Positions 59,154-64,000 of a DNA stretch of 64,000 bases are shown here, piece by piece. The stretch covers positions 47,871-111,870 of the forward strand of contig JAIOQI010000021.1 in NCBI GenBank assembly GCA_021413445.1, in the 5' to 3' direction. Numbering within the stretch: position 1 is the stretch's first letter; every line of letters starts with the position of its first letter. Both the position numbers and the translations under genes were made by a program. A model generated the notes under the pieces. That model saw nothing but the letters and a program-made list of their open reading frames with translations. It did not search any database and was not told the origin of the DNA. This DNA is from Alphaproteobacteria bacterium (GTDB lineage: Bacteria > Pseudomonadota > Alphaproteobacteria > Micavibrionales > UBA2020).

Positions 59154-59182
59154 AAACTATCATGTAGTGCAGTTTATGTCAA
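59154..59182 (-). promoter_or_regulatory. Candidate sigma-70 promoter for the lipoprotein gene
   Basis: The minus strand reads TTGACA (59182-59177), then 17 nt, then TAGTTT (59159-59154). Confidence 0.35.
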
Positions 59183-59486
59183 TAAATTATTTGTTTTTCA
59201 TTTAAAAAAACAGAGTTTTAAAAAAAATAACAATTAAAATCAATCTGTTATAACAGATAAAAGACTCTGTTACCGGGAAGTGTGGTGCAAAAAGGAAGAT
59301 TAATAAGGGCATTCAGAAAGGATTCGGATGAGAAACCAGAGAATCATGAGTCCCGGGAAGACAAAAAATACAGCCGAGATCGCCGGATCCTGCGAAGACT
59401 GAGAAGCCTGTTGACGAAAATTAAAAAAATCAGTAGTTTGCAGGGCTTATCAGAATACGTTTTGTGAAATAGATCGGAATCGAGAC

Positions 59487-60687
<1,201 letters not shown>

Positions 60688-60822
60688 TCAATCTTCTCAG
60701 GGGCTTGCTAAAGTCACCGCTTGTCTTCATTAAAGAAAGCCTGTTATACTCGAAAGAGGGGTAGTTTTTTCAAGGGGTGTCGCTTGTTTTCCGACCAGCC
60801 ACAGAAGACCGTTTTGAAGTCC

Positions 60823-61707
60823 ATGCCGCTGAAAACCACGACCGTACAGATCATGCCGGTGGTGGTGTTGCGGGCGGCGCCGGCGGTGCTGATTTTATTG
60901 GCCCTGACTTTGATGATGTTGCACCGCGCCGATACTTTGCCCGTGGAACGTCTGCGGACGGCGATGACGGATGCGCTGACGCCGGCGCTGACGGCCGTGT
61001 CGGCGCCTTTTAACGCGCTGGTCGAACAGATCGACGGCGTGACAACCATTCGCGACCTCAAGGCTGAAAATATCCGCCTCGAGGAAGAGAACGCCAAGCT
61101 GCAGCAATGGTACGAATCCGCGCTGAAGCTGCAGGCGGAAAACCAGAGTTTCCGCGAGCTGCTGAATGTGAAGGCCGACCCCACCTTGAATTTTATAACG
61201 GCGCGGGTGATTTCTGACGCCGGCGGCTCGTTTGTGAAAAGCGTGTTGCTGCCGGTGGGTGTCCTGGACAAGGTGCAGAAAGGCAATGCCGTGATGTCGG
61301 GGCATGGGCTGGTCGGGCGCGTCACTGAAGTGGGGCAGCGCTCCTCCCGCGTGCTGCTGATTACGGACCTGAACTCGCGCATCCCTGTCCTCATTCAAAA
61401 CACGCGCACCAAGGCCATCTTGGCCGGAAAAAACCAGAATTTGCTGAAGCTGGAGCGTTTGCCGCCGGACAGCGGCATGACGATTGGCGCCCGGATCGTG
61501 ACGTCGGGGGATGGCGGGCAATTGCCCGCCGATTTGCCGGTGGGCACGATTGTTTCCACCGGCGAAAACGGGGTCTGGGTCAGGCCGGTGTCGGATATTG
61601 ACAGGCTATCTTACGTTCAGGTTGTGAATACGGATATAGACCAGGCTTTGGCCACGGGCGAGATCACGCCGCCGCCAAAGCCGGCCATTTATAAAAGCGG
61701 AAAATAA
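60823..61707 (+). CDS. mreC: Rod shape-determining protein MreC
   Basis: It has an N-terminal TM segment and a coiled region (ENIRLEEENAKLQQW). It also has the beta-rich blocks GHGLVGRVTEVGQRSSRVLLITD and TSGDGGQLPADLPVG. I chose the ATG at 60823 over the track start at 60721. Confidence 0.85.
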   Translation: MPLKTTTVQIMPVVVLRAAPAVLILLALTLMMLHRADTLPVERLRTAMTDALTPALTAVSAPFNALVEQIDGVTTIRDLKAENIRLEEENAKLQQWYESALKLQAENQSFRELLNVKADPTLNFITARVISDAGGSFVKSVLLPVGVLDKVQKGNAVMSGHGLVGRVTEVGQRSSRVLLITDLNSRIPVLIQNTRTKAILAGKNQNLLKLERLPPDSGMTIGARIVTSGDGGQLPADLPVGTIVSTGENGVWVRPVSDIDRLSYVQVVNTDIDQALATGEITPPPKPAIYKSGK

Positions 61708-61728
61708 GTTTTGAGAAAATCCTGAATA

Positions 61729-62259
61729 ATGGATCCCGAGTGGAATGAATCGCTGTTGCGGGTGGTCGGACGCTGGGGACTGGTGCTGCTAGTGCTGACA
61801 GCGCTGTTCGTGCTGAGCGCCATCCCGCTCAAGATCACGCATCTGGGCGAAATCCGCCCGGTTTTCATGCTGATGGCGATCTACTACTGGACGATTTTAC
61901 GGCCCTCGCCGTGGCTGCCGGTCGCGTTTTTCGTGATCGGCCTTGTCCTCGACCTGCTGGCCGCCTATCCCCTCGGCATGCACGCCCTTATCTTCGTGCT
62001 GGCGCAGTGGGTGACCGGCAGCCAGCGCAAGTTCCTTCTCGGGCAGTCGTTTCTGGTGATCTGGGCGGGCTTTGCCGCCATCGCCCTGGGGGCGGGGGCG
62101 CTGCAGTGGGCGCTGTTCAGCCTGTTCAACCTGACGCTGTTTTCCGCCAAGCTGATGCTGATCAGCGCCGTGCTTTCGGTCTTTTTATTTCCGCTGCTCG
62201 CGCTGCCGCTGTCGGTCGTGCATAAAGCGCTGGCTGATGACCCGTCATCCGTGCCATAA
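61729..62259 (+). CDS. mreD: Rod shape-determining protein MreD
   Basis: 176 aa, polytopic and hydrophobic, positioned between mreC and mrdA. Confidence 0.75.
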   Translation: MDPEWNESLLRVVGRWGLVLLVLTALFVLSAIPLKITHLGEIRPVFMLMAIYYWTILRPSPWLPVAFFVIGLVLDLLAAYPLGMHALIFVLAQWVTGSQRKFLLGQSFLVIWAGFAAIALGAGALQWALFSLFNLTLFSAKLMLISAVLSVFLFPLLALPLSVVHKALADDPSSVP

Positions 62260-62271
62260 ATTATACTTATC

Positions 62272-64000
62272 ATGAATCGCGATATGGAGAGACATAAGGA
62301 GTTTTCCCGGCGCGCCCTTATTTTGGGCGCGGGGAAGATTCTTGTCTTCGGCACGCTGGCGTCGCGCCTCGCCTATCTCCAGATCGTCGAGCAGAAAAAA
62401 TTTCAGACCTTGTCGGATAAAAACCGCATCAGCCTGCGCCTGCTGCCGGCGGGGCGCGGCGAGATCATGGACCGTTTCGGCGTGCCGCTGGCGGTCAACC
62501 GCCAGGATTTCCGCGCTTTCCTGGTGCCGGAACAATCGGAGGATGTGGCGGAGACGCTGACGCGCCTCGGGCAGCTGATCCCGATTTCCGAAGAGGAAAA
62601 ATCCGACATCATGGCTGAGATCGGCCGGCGCCGCCCCTTTACGCCCATCCTGGCTAAGGAAAACCTGACCTGGGACGATATGTCCAAGGTGGAGCTCCGT
62701 TTGCCGGACCTGCCCGGCGTATCGATGGAGGAGGGACAGATGCGCTCCTATCCGCTGGGGACGGCGACGGCGCACATCATCGGCTATATCGGGCGGGTGA
62801 GCAAGGCGGAGCTGACCGACGACCCGGTGATGGAGATCCCGGGCTTTCGCATCGGCAAAACCGGCGTGGAGAAGAAATATGACGGAACTCTGCGCGGCGA
62901 GGCGGGGCAGATTCAGGCCGAAGTCAACGTGGTGGGGCGTGAAATCCGCGAATTGTCCCATACCGAGGGAAAAAAAGGGCACCGCCTGACCCTGACCATC
63001 GATGCCGATCTGCAGATGCAGTGCCAGGAATATCTGGGACGGGAAGCCAGTTCCGCCGCCGTGGTGATGGACGCCCACAATGGGGAGGTTTACGCGCTTT
63101 GTTCGCACCCGAGCTTCGATCCCAACCTGTTTTCCAGCGGCATTCCGGCGGATATGTGGGAGGAGCTGCTGGCCAACCCCACCAACCCGCTCACCAACAA
63201 GGTGATTTCGGGGCAATATCCGCCGGGCTCGACCTTTAAAATGGTGACGGCGATGGCCGGGCTTGAAAGCGGCGCGATCAACGCATCGACGCATGTTTTT
63301 TGCCCCGGCTATTATATGCTCGGCAACACCAAGTTTCACTGCTGGAACAAACAGGGGCACGGTTCGGTCGATGTCGTGGCGGCGCTGCGCGAATCCTGCG
63401 ACAGTTTTTTCTATGAAGTGGGCAAGCGCACCGGCATCGATAAAATCGCCGCCATGGCCCGCCGCATGGGGCTGGGCAGCAAGCTGGATTTCGACGTGCC
63501 CGGCGAAGTCGGGGGGCTGGTGCCGGACCAGGAGTGGAAACAGAAGCGCTACAAGGAGAAATGGCAGCAGGGGGAAACCATCATCGCGGCGATCGGGCAG
63601 GGCTATATGCTGACGACGCCGCTGCAGCTGGCGACAATGACGGCGCGGCTGGCGAACGGCGGCAAGGCGGTCAAGCCGGTGCTGGTGCGTTCCATCGAGG
63701 CGGAGGGAAACCAGATTCCGGATTGGCCGGAAACCGGCTTTAACAGCCAGCATCTTGATCTCGTCAAAAAAGGCATGGCGGCGGTGGTGAATGACCCGCG
63801 CGGCACCGGCTACGGGTCGCATATAACCGAGGCCCCTTATTCCATGGCCGGCAAGACGGGGACATCGCAGGTGAGGAGAATCACGCTGGCGCAGCGCGAT
63901 GCCGGGATCAAGAACGAAAGTCTGCCGTGGAAGTTCAGGCACCATGCGCTGTTTGTCGGCTATGGCCCGGTTGAGGCCCCCAAATACGTGACGGCGGTGA
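62272..64000 (+). CDS. mrdA: Penicillin-binding protein 2 (MrdA), 3-prime end beyond the window
   Basis: It reads MNRDMERHKEFSRRALILGAG...RGEIMDRFGVPLAVN and has the active-site block PPGSTFKMVTA (SxxK) and SCDSFFY. The frame is open to position 64000. It is absent from the ORF track because no stop lies within the window. Confidence 0.9.
   Translation, partial: MNRDMERHKEFSRRALILGAGKILVFGTLASRLAYLQIVEQKKFQTLSDKNRISLRLLPAGRGEIMDRFGVPLAVNRQDFRAFLVPEQSEDVAETLTRLGQLIPISEEEKSDIMAEIGRRRPFTPILAKENLTWDDMSKVELRLPDLPGVSMEEGQMRSYPLGTATAHIIGYIGRVSKAELTDDPVMEIPGFRIGKTGVEKKYDGTLRGEAGQIQAEVNVVGREIRELSHTEGKKGHRLTLTIDADLQMQCQEYLGREASSAAVVMDAHNGEVYALCSHPSFDPNLFSSGIPADMWEELLANPTNPLTNKVISGQYPPGSTFKMVTAMAGLESGAINASTHVFCPGYYMLGNTKFHCWNKQGHGSVDVVAALRESCDSFFYEVGKRTGIDKIAAMARRMGLGSKLDFDVPGEVGGLVPDQEWKQKRYKEKWQQGETIIAAIGQGYMLTTPLQLATMTARLANGGKAVKPVLVRSIEAEGNQIPDWPETGFNSQHLDLVKKGMAAVVNDPRGTGYGSHITEAPYSMAGKTGTSQVRRITLAQRDAGIKNESLPWKFRHHALFVGYGPVEAPKYVTAV

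Noticed and set aside
59282-59467. A 61-codon GTG-initiated ORF upstream of rpmJ.
   Set aside because: It is Lys/Arg/Glu-rich low-complexity sequence in an AT-rich intergenic region. It has no RBS and no recognisable family. It is more likely the promoter and leader region of rpmJ.

Overview
This is a GC-rich, gene-dense chromosomal window that looks alphaproteobacterial and probably spans the replication origin. The basis for the lineage call is gene content and synteny: a hemE-adjacent origin, mnmG-rsmG-parA-parB with consensus parS sites, leuS-lptE-holA, a Cys-less L36, a Mic60-like protein next to hemC/hemD, and a fliLM / flgFGAH flagellar layout. From left to right the window holds: a flagellar basal-body cluster (1-4.6 kb); two tandem acyl-CoA ligase paralogues; a tandem pair of unknown paralogous proteins; a long minus-strand run (lpxL-lpxK-waaA, ATPase-EVE-phosphatase, gpsA, a sulfur-detox pair, tsaD); heme genes (hemC, a hemD fusion, hemJ-hemH-hemE) and rho; a candidate oriC at about 27.5-27.96 kb; accessory-looking unknowns at 31-33 kb; the partition locus with three parS sites; holA-lptE-leuS; a porin; a thiolase; a class A PBP; mnmE; guaC; rpmJ; and mreBCD-mrdA. 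I could not recognise any rRNA, tRNA, CRISPR array, transposase or prophage genes by eye. The points most worth following up are: (1) a single 700-codon ORF fusing uroporphyrinogen-III synthase to a membrane-anchored mitofilin (Mic60)-like protein; (2) a two-member unknown family, one member with an intact HExxH motif immediately downstream of parB and one with a degenerate RExxR; (3) a translationally coupled tandem pair of unknown proteins with a possibly leaderless promoter; (4) a near-consensus sigma-70 promoter driving three small unknown ORFs; (5) a long, about 195 nt, structured leader in front of a 74-codon ORF; (6) GAAA-loop palindromic repeat elements; (7) a 5-prime-truncated FadA-type thiolase. 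All functional calls come from reading the translated ORFs and motifs by eye; no database search was run.
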